Part shown: positions 11,219-20,085 of the stretch, piece by piece | Numbering within the stretch: position 1 is the first letter of the stretch | Layout: every line of letters starts with the position of its first letter | Assembly: GCA_963772725.1 (NCBI GenBank) | Contig: CAVYYI010000001.1 | Location: 320,001 to 384,000, forward strand | DNA length: 64,000 nucleotides | Source: an uncultured Phycisphaerales bacterium | Lineage (GTDB): Bacteria > Planctomycetota > Phycisphaerae > Sedimentisphaerales > Anaerobacaceae | Direction: 5' to 3' | Notes under the pieces: generated by a model | The model's input: the letters and a program-made list of their open reading frames with translations, nothing else | Database searches by the model: none | What the model was told of the DNA's origin: nothing | Position numbers and translations under genes: made by a program

Positions 11219-11272
11219 ACATATTTTTTTTCCAGACACCCGCTTATAGTAAAAAAGTTAAAGTTTTAAACA

Positions 11273-11887
11273 ATGGGTAAATTGAAAAAAAAACCAGTTA
11301 TCGGGATTTTGGGCGGAATCGGCTCCGGTAAGAGTACGGCGGCTCAGGAGTTTGGCCGGCTCGGCTGTAAGGTGATTGACGCGGACGCCATTGCTCACCA
11401 AGTGTTGGAAAGAAAAGGAGTTAAGGCAAAGGCGACGGAGCTTTTTGGCAGGGGGGTTATCGGCAGGGACGGCGGAATAAATCACAGGAAATTGGCGGAT
11501 ATTGTGTTTGCCGATGGTGATAAACTGGCGGCATTGAATAATATAGTTCATCCGATGGTTTTGGCCAAAATCGAGAAGCTTATGGGGCGGTACCAGGGGC
11601 AAAAAAGGGTCAAGGCCATCGTTTTGGATATACCCTTACTGGTGGAGGTAGGCTGGGCGAAATGTTGCGACAGGCTTGTTTTTATCGACTGTAAAAGGGC
11701 TTTAAGGCTCAAAAGGGCGAACAAAACGGGGGGGTGGAACGAAGAAAATATAAAAATTCGAGAAAAATTTCAAATTTCTCTGGACAACAAGGCAGGACTA
11801 TCGGATAATATCATCGATAACAATTCAGGGTTATCGAAGTTGGTTAGACAAGTCGCGGAAATTTTCTCCAGCGTAGTTGGTAAGTAA
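11273..11887 (+). CDS. coaE: Dephospho-CoA kinase
   Basis: IGILGGIGSGKST P-loop, VIDADAIAH, LNNIVHP, LDIPLLVE. Confidence 0.95.
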   Translation: MGKLKKKPVIGILGGIGSGKSTAAQEFGRLGCKVIDADAIAHQVLERKGVKAKATELFGRGVIGRDGGINHRKLADIVFADGDKLAALNNIVHPMVLAKIEKLMGRYQGQKRVKAIVLDIPLLVEVGWAKCCDRLVFIDCKRALRLKRANKTGGWNEENIKIREKFQISLDNKAGLSDNIIDNNSGLSKLVRQVAEIFSSVVGK

Positions 11888-12033
11888 GTGGGGCTTGTTA
11901 ATGTCCCTGATAGATGTAAAACCCGCTTATAGAACTTTAAAATTTAAATTCTACTAAATTCAAATCCTGTTAAATTCCAAATTGGATGAGGTTTTTGAAT
12001 TAAATATATTTGCAAGATAAGAAGGAGTAATCA

Positions 12034-13559
12034 ATGGCTAAGGCCGCAGGTAAAAACCCGAAATCAGGAATGCAGAGAAAGCGTAAAGGCACAAAAGGAA
12101 CTGCCGTCGAAGAGCAGCAGGCAGTTGTAGAAACGCAGCAGGCAGAGCATCAGGATGAGTCTGCTCCGGCGGTTGAAACTGTCGCGGCGACTCCCAGCAG
12201 CGAGGTACCTGCCGTTGAGGCGCAGCAAACTGAGACGCAAACGGAACAGGAGACGGAAGAATCTACCCACGCCAAATATGAGCGGATCAAAAAGGGCAAC
12301 TTGTACCTGACTGACCTCCAGAGGCTGAGCGTTCCGGAACTGCACGAGATCGCCAAGAAAGAAGGTATCAAGGAATATACCGCCCTGAAGAAACAGGACT
12401 TGATTTTCCGAATTCTCAAGGAGCGTATCCGCCAGAACGGCCTGATGTACGGCGAGGGCGTGCTTGAAGTGCTGCCGGACGGTTTCGGCTTCCTGCGGAA
12501 TCCCGATTATAACTATCTGTCATCGCCGGATGATATTTATGTGTCGCCGTCGCAGATACGGCGGTTCGGGCTGCGGAGCGGCAATATCGTTTCCGGCCAG
12601 ATCCGCCCGCCGAAGGATTCGGAAAAATATTTTGCCCTGCTGCGCGTCGAGGCGATCAACTTCAGGACCCGGACAAGCTTTCCGAGAAGATGGTCTTCAG
12701 CGATTTGACGCCGCTGCATCCGGAAGAACAGGCTCATTCTTGAAACGACAGCCGGATGAACTGAGCATGCGCATCATCGATATGGTTACGCCGGTCGGCA
12801 AGGGGCAGCGCGGTCTGATCGTCGCGCCGCCGCGAACCGGTAAAACGGTACTGCTGCAGAAGATGGCCAACGCCATCAGCACCAATCATCCGGAAGTAAA
12901 GCTGATCGTGCTGCTGATCGACGAACGGCCGGAAGAAGTTACGGAAATGGAGCGCAAGACCGCCGATGATGTCGAGGTTATCAGCTCGACATTTGATGAG
13001 CCGGCCGCACGTCACTGCCAGGTGGCCGAAATGGTTATCGAAAAGGCCAAGCGGATGGTCGAATACGGCGAGGATGTCGTGATTCTGCTCGATTCGATTA
13101 CCCGTCTGGCCCGTGCGTATAACACCGAAATGCCGCATTCGGGCAAAATTCTCACCGGCGGCGTCGATGCCAACGCGATGCAGATGCCCAAGAAATTCTT
13201 CGGCGCGGCACGCAAAATCGAAGAAGGCGGCTCGCTGACGATCTTCGCGACGGCCCTGATCGATACCGGCTCGAAGATGGACGAAGTTATTTTTGAAGAG
13301 TTCAAGGCGACCGGCAATATGGAACTGCACCTTGACAGGCGGCTTGTCGAACAGGCGAGTATCCGGCCATCGACATCAGCCGAAGCGGAACACGACGCGA
13401 GGAACTGCTGCTTGAGCCCCGAAGAACTTGAAATTGTCTATCGGCTCCGAAGAGTGCTGAGCGAAATGAATCCGGTCGAGGCGGTCGAACTGCTTAAAGA
13501 GCCGGCTGGGCAAGTGCCGCACCAACGCCGAATTCCTGATGACGATGAACCTCGATTGA
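12034..13559 (+). CDS. rho: Transcription termination factor Rho (several frameshifts, likely assembly errors)
   Basis: [68 protein letters not shown]-terminal TNAEFL..MNLD* recovered across indels at ~12660, ~12730, ~13350, ~13410, ~13500. Confidence 0.95.
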
Positions 13560-13568
13560 GTATGAATT

Positions 13569-13969
13569 ATGAATGTTGAAGCTTTTTTATTGTGCGATTG
13601 CGCCAACGGACAGCCAGGGCAAATTAAATGTCCTGGGAGCATTCGACCATATTTTTGTTAAAACGATACCGTGCGTTCATCCGGCGTCCACCATAGCGGC
13701 GAGGGTCAGGTTCGCGAAAATCGAACAGGGTGAACACGAGATAAAAATCAACGTGATAGACCAGGACGGCAAGTCAATAGGGCCGAAACTCGAGGGTAAA
13801 GTCGGTGTGCGGCACGCGGAAGACGCCGATTCGGCGGTAACTAATATTATTCTGAATATCCAGGGTTTGCGGCTGGAAAAATACGGGGAATATCGTATCG
13901 ACCTGGCTATTGACGGCAGGCAGGGGCCTCGCTGCCGTTTATATTAAGCAGGTGCCGCAACAGGCGTAA
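13569..13969 (+). CDS. Conserved hypothetical protein (DUF6941-like), with frameshifts near both ends
   Basis: [11 protein letters not shown] then [10 protein letters not shown]..., [11 protein letters not shown]. Confidence 0.6.
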
Positions 13970-14001
13970 ACGCCGGGATGGTTCTTCACTTTTTATTTTT
14001 A

Positions 14002-15347
14002 ATGGCAAAACAAGCGATTAACGGTAATTCGCGGATATTGTGAAAAAGCGAAAGTAACATTGCGTGCATTGAAGTCCCGCAATTACCGGCTATTTTTTAT
14101 CGGGCAGGTAATTTCGCTGTCAGGGACGTGGATGCAGCAGACGGCGATAGGGTGGCTGGTGTATCGCCTGACGGATTCCGTTTTATATCTTGGTGTAATC
14201 GGTTTTGCGGCGCAGATACCGACTTTTTTTCTGGCCCCATTCGCGGGTGTGCTGGCAGACAAGGTCAGCAAGCATAAAATTGTGATAGGCACACAGGTGC
14301 TTTTGATGCTCCAGGCGCTGATGCTGGCGGCCTTAATGTTCGCACACAAAGTGGAGATTGGGTATCTCATAGCGTTAAGTGTGTTTCTGGGTGTAATTAA
14401 CGCGTTCGATATGACGACAAGGCAGGCGTTCGTATATGAACTTTTGGAAAAACAGGACGATTTGCCCAATGCGATAGCGCTGAATTCGATGGTATTCAAC
14501 GGCGCCAGGCTTATAGGTCCTCCGCTGGCGGGTGTTCTTATTGCCGCTGCGGGTGAGGGGATATGCTTTTTCCTCAACGGGGTAAGTTATATCGCGGTTA
14601 TCGCTGCTCTTATGGTGATGAAGATAAAAGCGAGGGAGGTGCCGCAGCAGAACGGGCCGGTGCTTCGGGGATTAAAAGAAGGGTTAGTGTACGCTTATAA
14701 CTTTTTGCCAATAAGGGGGATCCTTTTGCTGCTGACGTTCGTGAGTCTTATCGGTATGTCGTATGCGGTATTGATGCCGGTATTCGCGAGGGATATACTT
14801 CACGGTGGGCCGCAGACGCTAGGGCTTCTTATCGGCGCGGGTGCATGCGGTGCATTGATTGGAGCGGTATTTCTCGCATCGCGGGACAGTATTCTTGGCC
14901 TGGGCAGGGTATTACTCGATTGCGATATTTATTTTCGGGACAGGGATTATCGCGTTTTCGTTTTCGACTGTGCTGTGGCTTTCGCTGTTGCTGATGGTAA
15001 TGGCTGGGTACGGAATGATGGTGGCAATCGCCTCAATCAATACAATTCTCCAGACGATAGTCGATGACGACAAACGGGGGCGGATTATGAGCCTTTATAC
15101 GATGGCGTTTATCGGCACGTCGCCGCTGGGCAGCATCCTCGCAGGCAGTGTCGCCCATAAAATTGGCGCACCTCATACGCTTATGCTCAGCGGGATATTA
15201 TGTATTCTGGCAGGGGTTGGATTATGGCGGCTGCTGCCGGCGATACGAAGAATGGTTCATCCGGTTTTTGTGCGTAAAGGGATAATTCCTCAGGTGGCAA
15301 GGGGCATAGGGATAGCTTCACAACTGACAATGGAACCGAAAGAATAA
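14002..15347 (+). CDS. MFS transporter (MFS_3/DUF894-like), frameshifted at ~14030 and ~14910
   Basis: RALKSRNYRLFF.GQ.ISL.GTWMQ, DLPNAIALNS..FN.ARLIGP, DDKRGRIMSLY. Confidence 0.9.
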
Positions 15348-15399
15348 ATTTAAAACTCAAAACCCCAAACTCAAATTTGTCAGGATAGTAAATTTATTT

Positions 15400-15606
15400 T
15401 TATTTTTTTGTTTTGTGGAATTTGAAGACATAAATCAGTAATCCCGCAAAAGCGAGAAATCCGGCAATTTTTAGAAGCTCTGATATGTCGCCGTGTGTGG
15501 CATTAACGATTGCAGGGATAATAATACCAGCAAGTAAAGCTATTATTGTGAGACCAAAAAAGCCAAATAATAGTGCTATGACATCCCATTTGTAATTCCA
15601 TCTCAT
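15400..15606 (-). CDS. Small two-TM hypothetical protein
   Basis: 68 aa, two hydrophobic segments, preceded by GAGG-like RBS. Confidence 0.45.
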   Translation of the reverse strand: MRWNYKWDVIALLFGFFGLTIIALLAGIIIPAIVNATHGDISELLKIAGFLAFAGLLIYVFKFHKTKK

Positions 15607-15797
15607 AATCAGGAACCTCGTGTTTCTTTAACTCCACAGGGTAAATAATAGCACATTTTTGTTTTAGCTCAATATTTTTTTGTCTGGGAATTGAATTTGC
15701 AAAGCGGGCGGTTATCACAGAATATTCTGGTCAATGAATACTATCTAAGTTATACTGTCTTTAGTCATTGGTAAGGAAAATATTTCAGGATGGGAAT

Positions 15798-16795
15798 ATG
15801 AATTTTCGCAAGGTTGGTTCGTTACGGTTACTGCTGATTGGTCTATTTATTTTAGGAATAGTCTTTTCCGCATGGGGGATTAATGAGGGGGTCAAGCCTG
15901 AGCAGGGGGTTAAGACAGCGGAGGCAGGGCAGAAGATAACAGTGGGGAAGGCAGCTATTTTGGGGGTGGTTGAAGGGGTTACTGAGTATCTTCCGGTTTC
16001 ATCTACGGGGCATCTGATTCTTGCGGGACATTGGATGGGTATGACGCATTTCAGTGAGAAGACGGGGCCTTTAGGCAGGTTGCTTGATAAAGAAAAAATG
16101 ACTGCGATTAACTCTTTCGATATTGTGATTCAGCTTGGGGCGATTCTGGCGGTAATTGGCCTTTATCGGAAACGCGTGTTCGAGATGTGCGGCGGCCTGG
16201 TGGAAAAAATCCGCAGGGGCTGCGACTATTTTTTCTGCTGATGACGGCGTTTTTGCCGGCTGCGGTTATTGGATTACTATTCCACAAAAAAATTGAGGAG
16301 AATCTTTTCGGGCCTGTCCCGGTAGCTTATGCACTGGCAGTTGGCGGGGTGCTTATGATTGTTGTGGAGCATTTCTTCTGGAAAAGGCGTCGAGATACTC
16401 AGCGAATAACGGAGGTTGACAAGGTCTTTTACTGGCAGGCGGCGGTAATCGGTTTTGCGCAGGTGCTTGCTATGTGGCCGGGGACGTCGCGGAGTATGAT
16501 AACCATACTTGCCGCTCTGGTTGTGGGCATGGATATGATTGCCGCGGCGGAGTTTAGCTTTTTGTTGGCGCTGCCGACACTTGGGGCAGCGACAGTTTTT
16601 TCGGCGTATAAAGACTGGGATGGTTTAACGCAGGCTGCTGGAATTGATGGGATGCTTGTGGGGCTGGTCGTGAGCGGTGTTGTCGCGGCTATCGCGGTCA
16701 AGGGATTTATAAAGTGGCTTACCCATCACGGGCTGAAGCCGTTCGGCATTTATCGGATAATAATCGCCGCTGTTACCTTGTGGCTGCTGGCATAG
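15798..16795 (+). CDS. uppP: Undecaprenyl-diphosphate phosphatase with N-terminal extension; frameshift in an A run at ~16205
   Basis: [53 protein letters not shown]. Confidence 0.93.
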
Positions 16796-16887
16796 CCGGT
16801 TATGATAAATCTCGGCAAATCTCAGACAACCCCGGATTAACAAAAGGTTGACGAATGGTCTTTAAAAAGTTAGTATTGCGGAGTGTT

Positions 16888-16975
16888 GCGAATAACTATA
16901 TCTGCAAACTCGAAAAGATGACCGGCTGACTGGTTCGGCCATTGCTTATACGTAGGCTGAAGAAGAAAAAGGGAA
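16888..16975 (+). pseudogene. Degenerate C-terminal relic of a Y1 (IS200/RAYT-like) transposase
   Basis: Translates NNYICKLEKMTG*LVRPLLIRRLKKKK, resembling from memory the F..KLE..TGR.LRP...GRPKK tail of RAYT-like proteins; in-frame stop at 16927. Confidence 0.4.
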
Positions 16976-17000
16976 ATGGTAATCTGGAGAACAAAAAACG

Positions 17001-17171
17001 TTGGCTGTCCCTAGTATTTCTGTGCATGATAGGTATGATTTTGTAGGTGACGTGCTTGAACCATTAGAATGGTTTGGTAAATCGTATAATATAGATATCT
17101 ATTGGACTGAAAAGTTTACATTGGGCCCAAAAAAGCTATGTGGAAATGGAAAATGCGAGAGTAAAAAATAA
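17001..17171 (+). pseudogene. Orphan C-terminal fragment, probably an Rhs toxin tip
   Basis: 56-codon frame VPSISVHDRYDF...GKSYNIDIYWTE...K* starting at the TGTCCCTA motif, directly upstream of an AT-rich membrane gene. Confidence 0.45.
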
Positions 17172-17225
17172 AATTTGTATTACGATGGGTCAAATTTCAG
17201 TATTTTAGAAAATAATATATAGCAT

Positions 17226-17654
17226 GTGATAGTTTGGAGAAAAATTGTGCGAGAAAGCATACTCGGTTGGTTATTTAAGTTTGGACAAGTAGTAGTCGTA
17301 TTTATAGCTGTATTTTTTTCATTTGGTCTTTTGATGAAGCTTGTAAATATGGAAGATATTAATTATATTAACTACAAGCAAATTGCTCTTGAGGTTGTAA
17401 TAGTAATATTATCTTTATTCTATATGATAAGTATATGTATAATCCAAAGTACAAGTATTATTCGCATGGCTAGACTGTTTTCTTGGCTATTAGCGTTGTG
17501 TTTTTTCATTGCAGCATTAGTGGGTATTGTATTTGAAATATTATATGGCATTTATTTATATAATTTGTTCCCTGGCTATATGGTATATGTTTTTATATTT
17601 ATTTTTTACTATCTAACGATAAAGCTAAAATCTATTGTTTCCCCGAAAAATTAA
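17226..17654 (+). CDS. AT-rich 4-TM hypothetical protein, putative immunity protein
   Basis: Very low GC, four hydrophobic segments, position in Rhs island; stop codon lies in the shared cassette-end repeat. Confidence 0.55.
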   Translation: MIVWRKIVRESILGWLFKFGQVVVVFIAVFFSFGLLMKLVNMEDINYINYKQIALEVVIVILSLFYMISICIIQSTSIIRMARLFSWLLALCFFIAALVGIVFEILYGIYLYNLFPGYMVYVFIFIFYYLTIKLKSIVSPKN

Positions 17655-17688
17655 ATCCGAATGAATAAAGCATAAAATTTGGTAATGT
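17636..17688 (+). repeat. ~51-bp cassette-end repeat, copy A
   Basis: TGTTTCCCCGAAAAATTAAATCCGAATGAATAAAGCATAAAATTTGGTAATGT aligns with the copies at 19349 and 19400. Confidence 0.7.
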
Positions 17689-18858
17689 ATGATAAGTTAC
17701 GCAAAAGAAAAAGGCAACCACGAAGACACAAAGACACGAAGGAAATATAAATCCTGTAATCGTGTCTCGAAAATCTCTGTGGCCTCTGTGGCCATTCCCA
17801 TTTTGGATTTTAGATTTCGGATTTTGGATTTGTTTAAGATTTCGAGTTTAGTGCTTAGGATTTCTTACGCTTATGATTATCAGGGGAGAAGAATCAAAAA
17901 GATTGACTATACCCTAACCCCTACCTCCTATACCCTATATTGTTACGATGGAGAGCAGATTATCGCTGACTATAACGATAGCGGAGTATTACAGAGAAAA
18001 TTCATTTATGGCTCAGGCATCGATGAGCCGTTAATGATGATTAACGTTTCCGGCCAGAACGAAACAAAGTACTATTATCATTTCGATGGTCTTGGCTCAG
18101 TAACGGCTTTAAGCAATTCCGGCGGGAGTCCTGTCGAAAGCTATTCTTATGATGTATATGGCGAACCGAATAGAACAAGCAGCATTGGCAATACATACAT
18201 GTTTACGGCGAGAAATTATGATTCTGAGACGGAGAATTATTACTATCGTGCAAGATATTACAATCCAGCAATAGGAAGATTCCTGCAGCCTGACCCGATT
18301 GGTTATAATGACGGATTAAATATCTATGCTTATGTTCATAATAATCCAGTGATGAATGTAGATCCGTCGGGGATGGCAAAATGTACTATCACTTTATATA
18401 ATGGTTGGAGTTTAGATACAAGTTTTTTCCGCGCTGAAATCTACAAACAAAATGAACATTGGGCAGCTTATAGCATACAGCAATTTAGTGCAGATAAGCT
18501 TAACGCGGCGAGAAGAAAAACGGGGTGTTGTTGTTTTGATACTGTAAAAGTTTATGACCATGGGTACTATATGATATTGCCAGATGGTTCTAAAGTCGGC
18601 CGGCAAGTATATGGTGAAAGACTTTTAATGGCAGCAGATCTTGCTGGTATTTGTCCATGGTTATGTAAAAAGAACGAACCTAAAACGCAATTACAACTAT
18701 ATGGATGTTACATCGGTGTGGGAGATAGAATCAATTTTCAGGACTTTTTTGATGGATGTAGCAGGATTAAAGAAATTAAAGCATGCCGAGGAAAAGTATA
18801 TTTTGGCTCTGGCGGTTATCAGGGCTGTGATGGTGGTTGGAGGTATTATAGCCGATGA
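17689..18858 (+). CDS. Orphan (5'-truncated) Rhs repeat-associated core protein with C-terminal toxin domain
   Basis: YAYDYQGRRIKK, YYYHFDGLGSV, YYYRARYYNPAIGRFLQPDPIGY, NNPVMNVDPSG cleavage motif; Rhs homology starts only at ~17864. Confidence 0.92.
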   Translation: MISYAKEKGNHEDTKTRRKYKSCNRVSKISVASVAIPILDFRFRILDLFKISSLVLRISYAYDYQGRRIKKIDYTLTPTSYTLYCYDGEQIIADYNDSGVLQRKFIYGSGIDEPLMMINVSGQNETKYYYHFDGLGSVTALSNSGGSPVESYSYDVYGEPNRTSSIGNTYMFTARNYDSETENYYYRARYYNPAIGRFLQPDPIGYNDGLNIYAYVHNNPVMNVDPSGMAKCTITLYNGWSLDTSFFRAEIYKQNEHWAAYSIQQFSADKLNAARRKTGCCCFDTVKVYDHGYYMILPDGSKVGRQVYGERLLMAADLAGICPWLCKKNEPKTQLQLYGCYIGVGDRINFQDFFDGCSRIKEIKACRGKVYFGSGGYQGCDGGWRYYSR

Positions 18859-19367
18859 ATAACAATAAGAAAAAATATATGTTATTGTTTATAGGTTGTT
18901 TTGCAATATTATTATCTATCTATATAATAAAATATATGACAACGAATAAAAAGATAGATAATATATTCTTGTGTACTAACGGATATGAGAATCAATATAT
19001 GGTAGAAATTGTGAGTTCTGACATTTGTCCGCCAAACAATAAAGCTCTTCTTCCTATAGGGCAATATCACCTAACAAAAGGTAAAGCGGAAGAATTTGTT
19101 AAAGAATTGGTTCTAATAATCAAATCTTCGTTTATAAAAGTAAAAACAGATGTTAGAATTACTCTGGCGTTTCAATATAAGGTTATCATAGGGCCTGTTA
19201 ATAGAAAGTTGGAATTAGGTTTTTTTTATGATGAAATTGGTAGGAAATTGGATTTGCAATATGAAAACAAGGATAATAAAGAATTTGGCGTTATTATTTT
19301 AAATTCTGAAGGAGCCGATAGAATTATCAACTTATTGAATAAAGTACGTGTCCCTAATAAAAATTAA
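18855..19367 (+). CDS. Putative cognate immunity protein (N-terminal membrane anchor)
   Basis: ATGA overlap with Rhs stop; AT-rich; KKK followed by a hydrophobic N-terminus. Confidence 0.7.
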   Translation: MNNNKKKYMLLFIGCFAILLSIYIIKYMTTNKKIDNIFLCTNGYENQYMVEIVSSDICPPNNKALLPIGQYHLTKGKAEEFVKELVLIIKSSFIKVKTDVRITLAFQYKVIIGPVNRKLELGFFYDEIGRKLDLQYENKDNKEFGVIILNSEGADRIINLLNKVRVPNKN

Positions 19368-19450
19368 ATCTATGATTTAAAGCAGTGAATTTGTTACGTT
19401 GTCCCTACCAAAAATTAAATCCGCGATTTAAAGCGGCAATTTTATTAAGT
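19349..19450 (+). repeat. ~51-bp cassette-end repeat, tandem copies B and C
   Basis: 19349-19399 vs 19400-19450 identical at 40/51 positions; both start TGTCCCTA..AAAAATTAAATC. Confidence 0.85.
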
Positions 19451-19570
19451 TCTTTGACAATTTCATATAGGTTTTAGTTATAAGACTTTTTACAGTGTCA
19501 ATCCGCGTTAATCAGTGTCGAAAGTGGTTTTTGATACTGAAAATGAGGTTTTAGCTGTCGAAAGTCCGAT

Positions 19571-19906
19571 ATATCGAATTTAATATGTCATATATGAAGC
19601 TTGATATGTCAAATATTAAACATGATATGTCACATATTAAACTTAATATGTCGAATATGAGGCTTCATCTTTAATATATTAAGCTTAATATCTCGTATAT
19701 TAAACTTGATTTGTTGAATATTAAGCTTAATCCGTTGAATATGAAGCTTCATCTTTAATATATTAAGCTTGATATTTCATTTATGAAGCTTGAAAAATGA
19801 TTTATGAAGCTTCAAACGTTAAATATGAAGCTTAATATGTTGAATATTAAGCATGATATGTAATAGATTAAGCTTGATATGTCGCATATCAAGTGTGAAA
19901 CGAGAC
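19571..19906. repeat. Tandem array of 16 x 21-bp units with a 16-bp palindromic consensus ATATTAAGCTTAATAT plus 5 variable nt
   Basis: Units start every 21 nt from 19571 to 19886 with no indels; exact palindrome at 19676-19691. Confidence 0.95.
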
Positions 19907-19998
19907 TTAGCGAGTATAGAAAATGACAGAAACAACATGAAAGATTATTCGGACTTAATATCGGTTAAGGGTGGCGATAAATCTCGACAAAAAACCTG

Positions 19999-20026
19999 TT
20001 GACTAATATTTTAATCAAAGTATAAT
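19999..20026 (+). promoter_or_regulatory. Sigma70 promoter for the SSS transporter
   Basis: TTGACT-16 nt-TATAAT. Confidence 0.65.
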
Positions 20027-20085
20027 CCCGTGTTATCGTATGTCTCAGGTAACAGGATGACAGTAAAGGATTGAAGGATTCAAAA

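Noticed and set aside
15400..15606. Prepilin (IIALLAGIIIPA resembles a type IV pilin helix)
   Set aside because: Lacks the G-F-T-L-x-E cleavage/methylation motif
19571..19906. CRISPR array
   Set aside because: Variable parts are only 5 nt, the repeats are degenerate, and no cas genes are in the window
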